Below are positions 56,335 to 64,000 of a stretch of 64,000 bases of DNA, one piece after another. Below the pieces are notes generated by a model. That model did no database searches. It was not told where the DNA came from and worked only from the letters and a program-made list of their open reading frames with translations. Source of the DNA: a virus. Lineage: Duplodnaviria > Caudoviricetes. Every line of letters begins with the position of its first letter. Positions within the stretch are counted from its first letter, which is position 1. The translations under genes were made by a program, and so were the position numbers. The stretch lies in IMG/VR virus record IMGVR_UViG_3300037067_005096, positions 1-64,000 of that record; one strand, given 5' to 3'.

Positions 56335-57203
56335 TAGCAATCCTCGAAGTCGTCAATACTGTCACTGAAGTCAACCTTGCTGGTATCGCTGGTACGAACA
56401 TTCCAGATAGCAGGCTGGCACAGTTCTTTGTGGTTACAGCGTGTGCATTCCTTATCGGATGGGCGAGCCGGGAAATATCCAGCCTGCACACAAGCCGCAA
56501 TTTGTGCTATCTGCTCCTCATACCAGTCAGACTCCCACTGGGGAATCACATCAATATCTATCTCCTGAATGAGCGGTGTCGGGAACAGACGGATTATCTG
56601 GTAAGAGAAACCCGTGTAAGTCCAGTTCTTGAACTTCTTAGCCAGATAGTCAAGTGCAGCCCACTGATAGATAATGGGCTGGCAACCGTACTTAGCACGA
56701 GGTTCTGCCCATTTATCATAACTGAATTTGTGGTCGATGACCCGTCCATCTGCTTGTACAAGGTCAATTCTGCCAGTGAGTTTGACACCACCACGCACTA
56801 TCTCGAAGTCCTGTTCCACCGCGACAGGGATATGCTTCGGATACATCTCAGCATAATAGTAGCGCACGGCATCTATGACCTTGTAGATTTCCGACTCTGA
56901 CAGATTTTCAGCTTTCGCTGCTCGAATGGCTGCCCTGTCCGCTCGTTCTGGAGAGATAAGTTCTCCATCATGCTGAAGTTTGTAAGACAGCATAAAATCG
57001 AGTGTGGAGTGATAGGCTTGACCTCTTCTCATAGGTACTCCACCCGGTTTCCGAATGCCGTCAATGTAGCTGTATTTGTATTGACGTGGACATCCCTGGA
57101 AGCACGACACACGAGAATAGCCGAGATGAAAGTCTCCGCTTTTAGTATGTATTGTTACTCCAGGTTCCGCCGTCGTTGATGGTTTGGATGATGTCTTTGA
57201 CAC
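56334..57203 (-). CDS. PD-(D/E)XK Cas4/RecB-like exonuclease
   Basis: CPRQY...G.AYH, GRIDL...IDHK, C-terminal C..C...C. Confidence 0.85.
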   Translation of the reverse strand: MSKTSSKPSTTAEPGVTIHTKSGDFHLGYSRVSCFQGCPRQYKYSYIDGIRKPGGVPMRRGQAYHSTLDFMLSYKLQHDGELISPERADRAAIRAAKAENLSESEIYKVIDAVRYYYAEMYPKHIPVAVEQDFEIVRGGVKLTGRIDLVQADGRVIDHKFSYDKWAEPRAKYGCQPIIYQWAALDYLAKKFKNWTYTGFSYQIIRLFPTPLIQEIDIDVIPQWESDWYEEQIAQIAACVQAGYFPARPSDKECTRCNHKELCQPAIWNVRTSDTSKVDFSDSIDDFEDC

Positions 57204-57447
57204 GTTGTAAGCTCCTCACTCCCTCACCAATTCCGCCAGCTTTCTGAATACGTCTCAGATGTTTACGCTGACCAGATGATAAATTACCATCGGCATCTTT
57301 CACCTCGATACCAATGAATCTGCCTCTATAGCACACCAGAACATCTGGCACATTAGACTGGTATTCGTTGCCGTGGATATTGACAGCATACGCTCCCTGT
57401 TTTGTCAGATACTCCAGTATCTTTCGTTGTATGTAGCCTTCACTCAT
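57142..57447 (-). CDS. VRR-NUC domain nuclease
   Basis: VPDVL...FIGIEVK...GQ...I.KAGG. Confidence 0.85.
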   Translation of the reverse strand: MSEGYIQRKILEYLTKQGAYAVNIHGNEYQSNVPDVLVCYRGRFIGIEVKDADGNLSSGQRKHLRRIQKAGGIGEGVRSLQRVKDIIQTINDGGTWSNNTY

Positions 57448-60020
57448 GCTGCTATCTTCAAATCAACGGCTTCTCCCAATGACGGGCCTGCTTTGGCTTC
57501 AGCACAAATAGGAACATTTAGCTGAATATCCAACTCATCCAGTATTCGAGGATGACTCATTATCTTGAGCACTTTCTTGGCAACCTTTTCAAGAGACTCA
57601 TTGCGCACCTCGAACAAGATAGAGTCATGCACCTCACCAAACATATATCCGTCTTCTGGGTCTAGCCAGTTATGGATTTCGATTATGCTCATCAGCTTGA
57701 GGTCAGATGCAAACCCTTGTACAGGAGTGTTGATAGCCATTCTGACCGCTTCTGAATACTTCGCTTTCGCTTCTCTACTGGAATCCGAGTCAAGTCTGAT
57801 GTTGGGCAGATGTCTTCGGCGTCCAGATAGGCTCTCTACGTAACCAAGCCTCTGTGCCTCTCGTTCTTGTTTGCCATACCACGGTTCCAAACCTACGTGG
57901 TCAGCGAAGAATCCAGCACGAGTCTTGTTGCATTCCGCCATCGACAAGTCCAAATCATAATCAGTAAGAGCGTATGTCTTGTACTTGGCAGCTTGCATTC
58001 CATAAATGAATCCGAAGTTTGCAGCCTTCGCCTTCTTACGTTTGTCTTTCTGCTCATCAGGAGAGAGTTGTGCCCACTCCTCTGGGGTCATGTGCATAAT
58101 GCGCATAGCCCTGATGGTGTGAATGTCTTGACCCTCCTGATAGGCTTTCAGCAACAATGGGTCTTTTGACAGTTCACCGGCGATACGAAGCTCTATCTGG
58201 CTGAAGTCCACCTCCATGATACTCCAACCCTCACGTGCTCGAATGCAGTGACGCACACTGAGCTTCTTCGGCCCGTATTTGGTGTATGGTAGATTCTGCA
58301 GATTCATTCCATTGTCTCTGCTCTTAGCTGCTGTCTTCCGTTCATTCTCTTTGCCGGATGCCGTTCTACCGGTTACCGTGCCTGTGAGTCTATACGATGT
58401 AGTGATTCTCCCACGAGTTTCTGCTGCTATCAGCATCGGCTCAATGTATGTAGAGAGCATCTTCGCCAATCCACGCCACTCTAACAGCTTACTGATGAAT
58501 GGTTTGCCCTTCAAATGCAAGAGAGCATCACTGCCAGTTGATAGACTTCCAGTCTTCGTCCGAGACAAACGTCTATCAGGATTGACCGGGTACTTCAAGC
58601 GGGTGAAGATGATGTCTCCAAGCTGCTTAGGGCTGGCAAAGGCTTTGGATGTAACCTCTATACCATGTTCATTAAGAATATCATGAAGGTCTGCTTCGAC
58701 CTTTTTAAGCTCGGAAGTGACTATCTTACGAAGCTCTAAGCACGTGTCTCGGTCAACCGGCCAACCCTGCAATTCCATCTCAGTGAAAATGCTGTCCATC
58801 GGTCGAATGACTCGTGTGTAGAGCTTCCGAATCCGCTTCTTGTCAGAAGTCTTCAATGCCTTGATATACTTCTGTGCCAGTAGTAACGATGCCACAGTAT
58901 CCCTGGCCGCATAAGGAATCAACACATCAAGGTCTTTGGTGAGCTTATCAGAGATGTCATACGTAGGATACCCCAACTCTGAAGTGATAAGCTGTTTGAG
59001 TTTCAGCGACCGGTTCTCATCGAGGTTGTGTGCTACATGTAGAGTATCCATGTAGACGTTTGGAGCTTCAATCGGTTTACCAAACTCTCGTTTACCCCAC
59101 TCGTACAACCACAGCCGGTCAAACTTGCCGTTGTGCCAAATGCACGCAGACTCCGCCAGGATTTCTCGGACTATTTCTACAGCTTCTTCCAGAGATTCTT
59201 CACCCTGCCAAAAGCTGCAACCATTCTTCTTGCTCGTGTAGTAGCAGTCGTCTTCAATCCCCAAAGGAACAAACACACCGCCGAAATCTGTGTCCCAACA
59301 GAACTGTATCGAACGAACGTGCTTGCCCGGAGTATAGGGGTTAAGACCTTGTGTTTCAATGTCAGCAGCAACAACTCCTCCGGCATCACGCTGGATTCTC
59401 TTCTGTATTGCTCGTAGCGAGCGGAGGGTATCTGCCACATATATAGGTGGGTTGAATTCCAACGTCTCAGACTGCCCGCTAATCCACTCCACAAAACGAC
59501 GCAGATTCGCCCATATCTGGTCTTTGACTTGCTGATTATAAAGACCTTGCAACCAGTGATTAGTCGGGTAGATATAAGCCTGCAGAGTCTCGTCATAGTA
59601 GCGATTACCCATCTTCTCAAGCGGGCACTTCCTGTGCGTAACGCCATAGTGAGCATTGCTACCAAACGTGATGATATGCTTAGGCTTGAGTCTCGCCAAC
59701 TCTTTAGACAGATATTCACCTGCACAGACCTTTACCTGCTTTGCATCGGGCTTGACATCCTTCGAGGGTCGGGAACATTTGAGAGCATAAGTGCAGTAGG
59801 CATTGATACCGTTCTGCTCGAAGAAAGAGCGTATCTCTGTCAGCCCCTTGCCAGAGTATATGCGCCCATAAATGTCATCTTGCATCGGAGGTTGTTCAAC
59901 TACCAGCACCACATCACAATTCTCAGGAATGTTCTCCACAGAGGGCATTAGGCACGGATTCTTTGGTGGTTTGGCATTGTCAACTCCGAATAAGCACAGA
60001 TTACATTTTGGATTACGCAT
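57444..60020 (-). CDS. Family A DNA polymerase with N-terminal family-4 UDG-like domain and 3'-5' exonuclease
   Basis: DIETQG, HNGKFD, YAARD (exo); TGR, DFSQIELR, KAANFGFIYG, NTPVQG, VHDSI (pol); Cys-rich UDG-like N-terminus. Confidence 0.93.
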   Translation of the reverse strand: MRNPKCNLCLFGVDNAKPPKNPCLMPSVENIPENCDVVLVVEQPPMQDDIYGRIYSGKGLTEIRSFFEQNGINAYCTYALKCSRPSKDVKPDAKQVKVCAGEYLSKELARLKPKHIITFGSNAHYGVTHRKCPLEKMGNRYYDETLQAYIYPTNHWLQGLYNQQVKDQIWANLRRFVEWISGQSETLEFNPPIYVADTLRSLRAIQKRIQRDAGGVVAADIETQGLNPYTPGKHVRSIQFCWDTDFGGVFVPLGIEDDCYYTSKKNGCSFWQGEESLEEAVEIVREILAESACIWHNGKFDRLWLYEWGKREFGKPIEAPNVYMDTLHVAHNLDENRSLKLKQLITSELGYPTYDISDKLTKDLDVLIPYAARDTVASLLLAQKYIKALKTSDKKRIRKLYTRVIRPMDSIFTEMELQGWPVDRDTCLELRKIVTSELKKVEADLHDILNEHGIEVTSKAFASPKQLGDIIFTRLKYPVNPDRRLSRTKTGSLSTGSDALLHLKGKPFISKLLEWRGLAKMLSTYIEPMLIAAETRGRITTSYRLTGTVTGRTASGKENERKTAAKSRDNGMNLQNLPYTKYGPKKLSVRHCIRAREGWSIMEVDFSQIELRIAGELSKDPLLLKAYQEGQDIHTIRAMRIMHMTPEEWAQLSPDEQKDKRKKAKAANFGFIYGMQAAKYKTYALTDYDLDLSMAECNKTRAGFFADHVGLEPWYGKQEREAQRLGYVESLSGRRRHLPNIRLDSDSSREAKAKYSEAVRMAINTPVQGFASDLKLMSIIEIHNWLDPEDGYMFGEVHDSILFEVRNESLEKVAKKVLKIMSHPRILDELDIQLNVPICAEAKAGPSLGEAVDLKIAA

Positions 60021-60046
60021 AAGGAAACCGCCTTGTTGAGAATAGC

Positions 60047-60083
60047 GACCCGGAGAGGGAGGAAGCCGCTCTCCGGGTCTTTG
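60047..60083. terminator. Hairpin/terminator between SSB and polymerase
   Basis: gacccggagag...ctctccgggtc stem. Confidence 0.6.
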
Positions 60084-60104
60084 TGTCCGGGGCCTACAGG
60101 AGGA

Positions 60105-61094
60105 CTATTCCTCGTCCTCATCCACAGACTTCTTCTTGCCCTTCTTGCCCACGCTGGACAAGTCATCGTCGTCTTCATCTTCATCGAGGTCGGGGTAACC
60201 GGCTCGACCCTTAGACTTCGGCTTGTCTTCGTCCTCATCGTCGTCATCATCCGTTGACTTCTTTGAGGTCTTCTTGGCGGGTTTCTCGTCCTCATCGTCG
60301 TCATCATCCGTTGACTTCTTTGAGGTCTTCTTGGCGGGTTTCTCGTCCTCATCGTCGTCATCATCCGTTGACTTCTTTGAGGTCTTCTTTCCGCCCTTGA
60401 CCGGGGCCGCAGGAGTGTCGTCGTCATCATCGTCCTCGACGGCTGCTCGCTGCCTCTTCGGGATGTCCTCTTCGTCGATGTCGTCGTCATCCTTGCACTT
60501 GTCCACCGACAGGACTTTCTCCTCGTACTTATCGAGTTCGGCGTTGTCCTCGTACTCCTTGACGCGAGCCAGAACCAGTTCTCGAAGAACCTGGATATGG
60601 GCGAGTTCATCTTCGGTCAGCGTGCGGGCAATAGCAAACTTGGGTTTCGACCAGGTATACTGCTTGCCCTTTATCTGTTCCGCCGTGAATTCGCACAGCA
60701 CCTCGTAGTAGTTCTTGTCGTTCTGGTAGACTTCCTTAGCGAAGTACTTCCAGTTGCGCAAGGCTGTCGGAGAGACATACATCAACTCCGGCATGTACTT
60801 GCCGACACGGACAATATAGAGTGCCCGCTTCTCTTTCGGTTCGTTTCCGGCTTCCCGGTCTTCATCCGACTGGTAGAAGTTCTTCTTGGCAACGAGAACT
60901 ACACCATAGAACGTTTTTTCGATTTCGACGTTATCCGGCTCATCTCGTGTCGGTGCGGGAAGCTCGAAACGAGGCTTCTTGCCATCCATCTTGATTCGGC
61001 CAAACCGCCAGTCTTCGTCGTCCTGTAGGACTTCACGAATCTGCTCCAGTTTGGTCTGAGACGGCAGCCTCAGTTTCAGGGTGTCATCGCTCAT
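60105..61094 (-). CDS. Putative single-stranded DNA-binding protein with acidic repeat tail
   Basis: OB-like N-terminus; very acidic Lys/Asp C-terminus; adjacent to polymerase. Confidence 0.65.
   Translation of the reverse strand: MSDDTLKLRLPSQTKLEQIREVLQDDEDWRFGRIKMDGKKPRFELPAPTRDEPDNVEIEKTFYGVVLVAKKNFYQSDEDREAGNEPKEKRALYIVRVGKYMPELMYVSPTALRNWKYFAKEVYQNDKNYYEVLCEFTAEQIKGKQYTWSKPKFAIARTLTEDELAHIQVLRELVLARVKEYEDNAELDKYEEKVLSVDKCKDDDDIDEEDIPKRQRAAVEDDDDDDTPAAPVKGGKKTSKKSTDDDDDEDEKPAKKTSKKSTDDDDDEDEKPAKKTSKKSTDDDDDEDEDKPKSKGRAGYPDLDEDEDDDDLSSVGKKGKKKSVDEDEE
60229..60389. repeat. 57-bp perfect tandem repeat, about 2.8 copies
   Basis: Encodes KKTSKKSTDDDDDEDEKPA; units start at 60229, 60286 and 60343. 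Confidence 0.9.
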
Positions 61095-61153
61095 AGTTCA
61101 TTGCCTCCTTTGTAGGTTGTCCCGATGACTAACTTGGTGTTTCGTCCACCATC

Positions 61154-61199
61154 AGTATAACATGTGGCAACTCTGACTGTACCCTAGTAATTCTACCAG
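61154..61199 (-). promoter_or_regulatory. Box + extended -10 promoter for the SSB/polymerase operon
   Basis: CTGGTA-GAAT-TACTAG, GGTACA, 18 bp, TG-T-TATACT. Confidence 0.6.
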
Positions 61200-61447
61200 G
61201 TTTTCAGGATTGCCTTTGAGTCCAACAGAATGGACTTCACGCGAAAACTTGTCCAACGAGATTCCCCGTAGGCAAACATTCGCTTCGGGTCTTTAGGGTA
61301 GAACCACTCAGGGTCTACCATCAATACGGTGTCGTTATGGACGCATTTTACCCTCCCGTCACCATAGTACTTGCCCCGGCACTCGAACTCTTCACCGGTT
61401 GCATAGTCTATGATAGTCACGACTGCCGGACACATAGTTACTGTCAT
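61193..61447 (-). CDS. Hypothetical protein
   Basis: ATGA overlap with helicase. Confidence 0.55.
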   Translation of the reverse strand: MTVTMCPAVVTIIDYATGEEFECRGKYYGDGRVKCVHNDTVLMVDPEWFYPKDPKRMFAYGESRWTSFRVKSILLDSKAILKTW

Positions 61448-62913
61448 GCGAATAAGGCCCTCCAGTCGTGTTCGATAGACGCTGCCAAGCTCAAGTCACG
61501 TTCCAGTGCTCGCATAATCTTCATGTCAATGGTGTTCTTGCAGAGCAGATGGATATATGTGATGTTCTTGGTTTGACCACCCCTATGATTTCGAGCCAGC
61601 ATTTGCTCATACCGCTCAGTGTCATAGCTGTGACTAAAGAATACTATCATATCAGCGAAACGCATGTCAACGCCTTTGGCTCCGACACGTTCTTTCACTA
61701 TAAATGCCAAGTCTTCAGCAGCCGCTTGAATCATCTTGTGTCGAGCTTCTGCCCCCTTTACAGAACCATTCAGTACCTTTGGTGTGAACCCGAAACGTTT
61801 ACGAATAGCGGCTGCAATGATTCGTTCCTCCTCATCAAATTGAGTGACAATAACTGTGGGGGAATCTCGCTCTTCCAAGATTTCCATTAGCACGTCCAAC
61901 TTCTCAGTGCTCAATCGCACTGGGTCGGGTTTGATGTCTGGTGTATCTTCGTCTGGGTCGGGGTATACAAATCCACCAGTAATCTGCATCAACTTCCGAA
62001 TTGACGTGAATACATGGTCAGCAGATACAGTTGTTTGGGCATCCAACTCTGCTATGGTCTGCTCCACCAGGTCATCGTAAATCTTCCGTGACTTGGCAGA
62101 CAACTCTATCAGTCGAGTTTCATGCACAGCCGGAGGAAGGTCGAGCACGTCTGATTTCTTCAACATGACAGCGACCTTTGACATCTTACGTACCAGGTCT
62201 CCAAGATTGTGGTAACCCAACACTGCCCCACGAATATATGGATGTGGGATTGCGTACACAGACTTGAACGGTAAGAAGACTGGTGGAAATACCTCATCAC
62301 CACAGGCAAAGTTGATTTGTGCCCATACATCGAGGGGTCGTTTGGTATAAGCTGAACCCGTCATCACAATACGATAAGTACTTCGAGGGGCCAGCTTACG
62401 CCGAAAGAACTTTGAGACTTTCGAGCCAGGAGTTTTGATTGCCGTGCTCTCATCGAGTATGCCAACATCCCATTTCAGGTCTTGCATGGCTGTATCTACC
62501 TTTTCCAGCACACGCACCGTTTCCCCACGCCGTCTTCGTGGTATTCGTTTGTATCCTATCTGCCAAGCAGCTTCATAGTTGACCAGACAAATAACTGGGA
62601 ATCCATCTGCAGCCAATCGTTTGGCTAAGCGCAGTCCGGCTGAACCAGACTCGTGCAAGTCGATGAAAGCTACTGGAGCCGTTCCCCACTCATGCCAGTT
62701 CTCAACCCATACATGTAATGCCGACAATGGAGCGGCAACATATATAAGTCTGGCATGATGCTTGCGAAATAGATGCTCCAAGAGGTGGATTGCAACACGG
62801 GTCTTGCCCGTGCCCATTTCCATATAGAGGCAAACACCCTTACCTCTGTCTACTCGTTTGACAGCGAAACCCAGGGCTTCTGCCTGTTTTTTCCACATCG
62901 GGGGTCTCTTCAT
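61444..62913 (-). CDS. SNF2-family helicase
   Basis: MEMGTGKT, ILDES, MTGS, GVDM, Q..AR.HRGGQ. Confidence 0.9.
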   Translation of the reverse strand: MKRPPMWKKQAEALGFAVKRVDRGKGVCLYMEMGTGKTRVAIHLLEHLFRKHHARLIYVAAPLSALHVWVENWHEWGTAPVAFIDLHESGSAGLRLAKRLAADGFPVICLVNYEAAWQIGYKRIPRRRRGETVRVLEKVDTAMQDLKWDVGILDESTAIKTPGSKVSKFFRRKLAPRSTYRIVMTGSAYTKRPLDVWAQINFACGDEVFPPVFLPFKSVYAIPHPYIRGAVLGYHNLGDLVRKMSKVAVMLKKSDVLDLPPAVHETRLIELSAKSRKIYDDLVEQTIAELDAQTTVSADHVFTSIRKLMQITGGFVYPDPDEDTPDIKPDPVRLSTEKLDVLMEILEERDSPTVIVTQFDEEERIIAAAIRKRFGFTPKVLNGSVKGAEARHKMIQAAAEDLAFIVKERVGAKGVDMRFADMIVFFSHSYDTERYEQMLARNHRGGQTKNITYIHLLCKNTIDMKIMRALERDLSLAASIEHDWRALFA

Positions 62914-62919
62914 ACTTGA

Positions 62920-63021
62920 AGTATAACATACCCGGACAGAACCAGCAACCCAGTATAATTACCGGTTTTCGTGCGTGGACGGAAGAAGCTCTTGCTATTT
63001 TTGGCGATGTCCAGGTATAAT
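62920..63021. promoter_or_regulatory. Divergent promoters (helicase on -, primase on +) around a box
   Basis: Minus: CCGGTA-ATTA-TACTGG, TTGCTG, 17 bp, TATACT, 6 nt, ATG; plus: TTGCTA, 18 bp, TATAAT (63016-63021). Confidence 0.7.
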
Positions 63022-63070
63022 ACCTGTAGCACTTTTCTCTGCCCTGAGCAGATTTGAGGTATAACCATAT

Positions 63071-64000
63071 ATGAAGACTTCGACCGATGCAACGCATGCG
63101 GTTGAGTTTCTGCGTTGGATGTTTGGTGACCAACCTGACGGTTACATCTACATCTTACGGAGCCGTCCTAGCTCTGACCCAGTAGAAGCTCGACAAGGAA
63201 AGCCAGACCTGAACCCGGCAACCTTTTCAACACCTGAGAAGGTTGACTCCCACTGGTGGAACGAACAAGGACATCATTGGACAATGATGTTCTCAACAGC
63301 GACCGTCAAGACTCCAGTCAATCGGCAAGCTGAAAAGCCTAAGAGCAAGAACAATGCTATCCCAAACACGGTATCTATTCCGGCGTTGTGGTGTGACATT
63401 GACGGGTGTAAGAAAGCTGGTATTCCGGCTGATGAGTTCTACTCAGATATTCGGAACTCAGAAGAAGCCTCTGCGTGGGTGCAATCATCGGAACGTGGAT
63501 TACAAGCATACTTCAAACTGCCAGAACCATACGAAGCCAATGGGGATAAAGACCGCTTTGCCGAAGACTTAGCGGGCTTACTCTATGATATGGCTCTGTA
63601 CTACGGCGGAGACTGCAAGGTTGTTCGTTTAGGTGGACTCATGCGTCTACCTGGGTCACTGAACATCAAACCAGAGTACAAGGGCAGTTATGTGATGGCC
63701 CGCACTCTGACCACGAATGACACAACATTCACACTACGAGAACTGAAAGAGCGATTCCAGCCTGACCCAGACATTGTTCCACGGGTGGTTGGCTATGCCT
63801 GTATTCGTGCGCTGTCCAATATCTGGCAAGAGGGCGAGCGGCACGAGATTATGCTGCGTTTTATCGGTTCTGTTCGTAGGCACGGCATCAACAAAGAAGC
63901 CTGCAAACGGGTATGCCGAGAAGTGCAGAACTACTTCCGGGATGAAGACCGCACTGGTGACATCGACTCGACTTATGATAAGCCATTCAACGAGATTATG
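63071..64000 (+). CDS. AEP-superfamily (RepB-type) primase, 3'-truncated by the window end
   Basis: Hand-translated, absent from the ORF track: ALWCDID, SSERGLQAYF, LMRLPGSLNIK, then PriCT-like GERHEIMLRFIG. Confidence 0.85.
   Translation, partial: MKTSTDATHAVEFLRWMFGDQPDGYIYILRSRPSSDPVEARQGKPDLNPATFSTPEKVDSHWWNEQGHHWTMMFSTATVKTPVNRQAEKPKSKNNAIPNTVSIPALWCDIDGCKKAGIPADEFYSDIRNSEEASAWVQSSERGLQAYFKLPEPYEANGDKDRFAEDLAGLLYDMALYYGGDCKVVRLGGLMRLPGSLNIKPEYKGSYVMARTLTTNDTTFTLRELKERFQPDPDIVPRVVGYACIRALSNIWQEGERHEIMLRFIGSVRRHGINKEACKRVCREVQNYFRDEDRTGDIDSTYDKPFNEIM

Larger units (their letters stand above)
1..64000. mobile_element. Tailed dsDNA bacteriophage genome segment (siphovirus-like tail, T4-like head proteins)
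   Basis: TerL, portal, capsid, tape measure, tail tube, PolA, RNR and primase are all present in phage-like operons; no housekeeping genes or integrase seen. Confidence 0.97.

Noticed and set aside
51262-60020. Inteins or introns in TerL, RNR or PolA
   Set aside because: Lengths and motif spacing are normal; no internal Hint or LAGLIDADG blocks seen.
59948-60708. Alternative-frame repeat ORFs (220 aa on -, 161 aa on +)
   Set aside because: By-products of the low-complexity SSB repeat.
63354-63572. 72-aa + strand ORF from the track
   Set aside because: Out-of-frame overlap with the primase ORF starting at 63071, which the track missed because it has no stop in the window.
1-64000. Alternative genetic code, prophage state or a lysis cassette
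   Set aside because: Long genes are intact in the standard code with all three stops used; no integrase, att site or host genes; no recognisable endolysin in this window.

Overview
The whole 64 kb reads as part of a large tailed dsDNA bacteriophage genome (Caudoviricetes); I see no host chromosome, integrase, CRISPR array or rRNA. (1) 1-5.55 kb, + strand: an array of about 17 tiny unknown ORFs packaged as repeated modules (terminator hairpin, conserved TACTAGCTAGTACYACGG palindromic site, CTGGTA-N4-TACCAG box fused to a sigma70-type promoter, GGAGGTATC RBS). (2) 5.8-16.4 kb, - strand: accessory genes, including an RpoD-like sigma factor coupled to two host-like secreted proteins that suggest an Armatimonadota host, an RfaE/HldE-like nucleotidyltransferase, DNA ligase, KTSC, radical SAM, ferritin-like protein, HNH, tRNA-Gln and an aberrant tRNA. 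(3) 16.5-53.3 kb, - strand: virion module with a long non-contractile-type tail (no sheath seen), two GT9 heptosyltransferases inside the tail genes, tRNA-Pro, a 1084-aa protease-T4 gp23-like capsid polyprotein, T4 gp20-like portal and TerL preceded by a degenerate Hint-like gene. (4) 53.3-64 kb: replication and nucleotide metabolism (dNMP kinase, class II RNR, Cas4/RecB-like nuclease, VRR-NUC, UDG-PolA fusion, SSB, SNF2 helicase, AEP primase running off the end). The best novelty candidates are the palindrome-punctuated cassette array with its genome-wide operator box, a possible phage heptosylation pathway, and an inverted-repeat-flanked promoter. All family assignments are motif recognition by eye, with no database searches.
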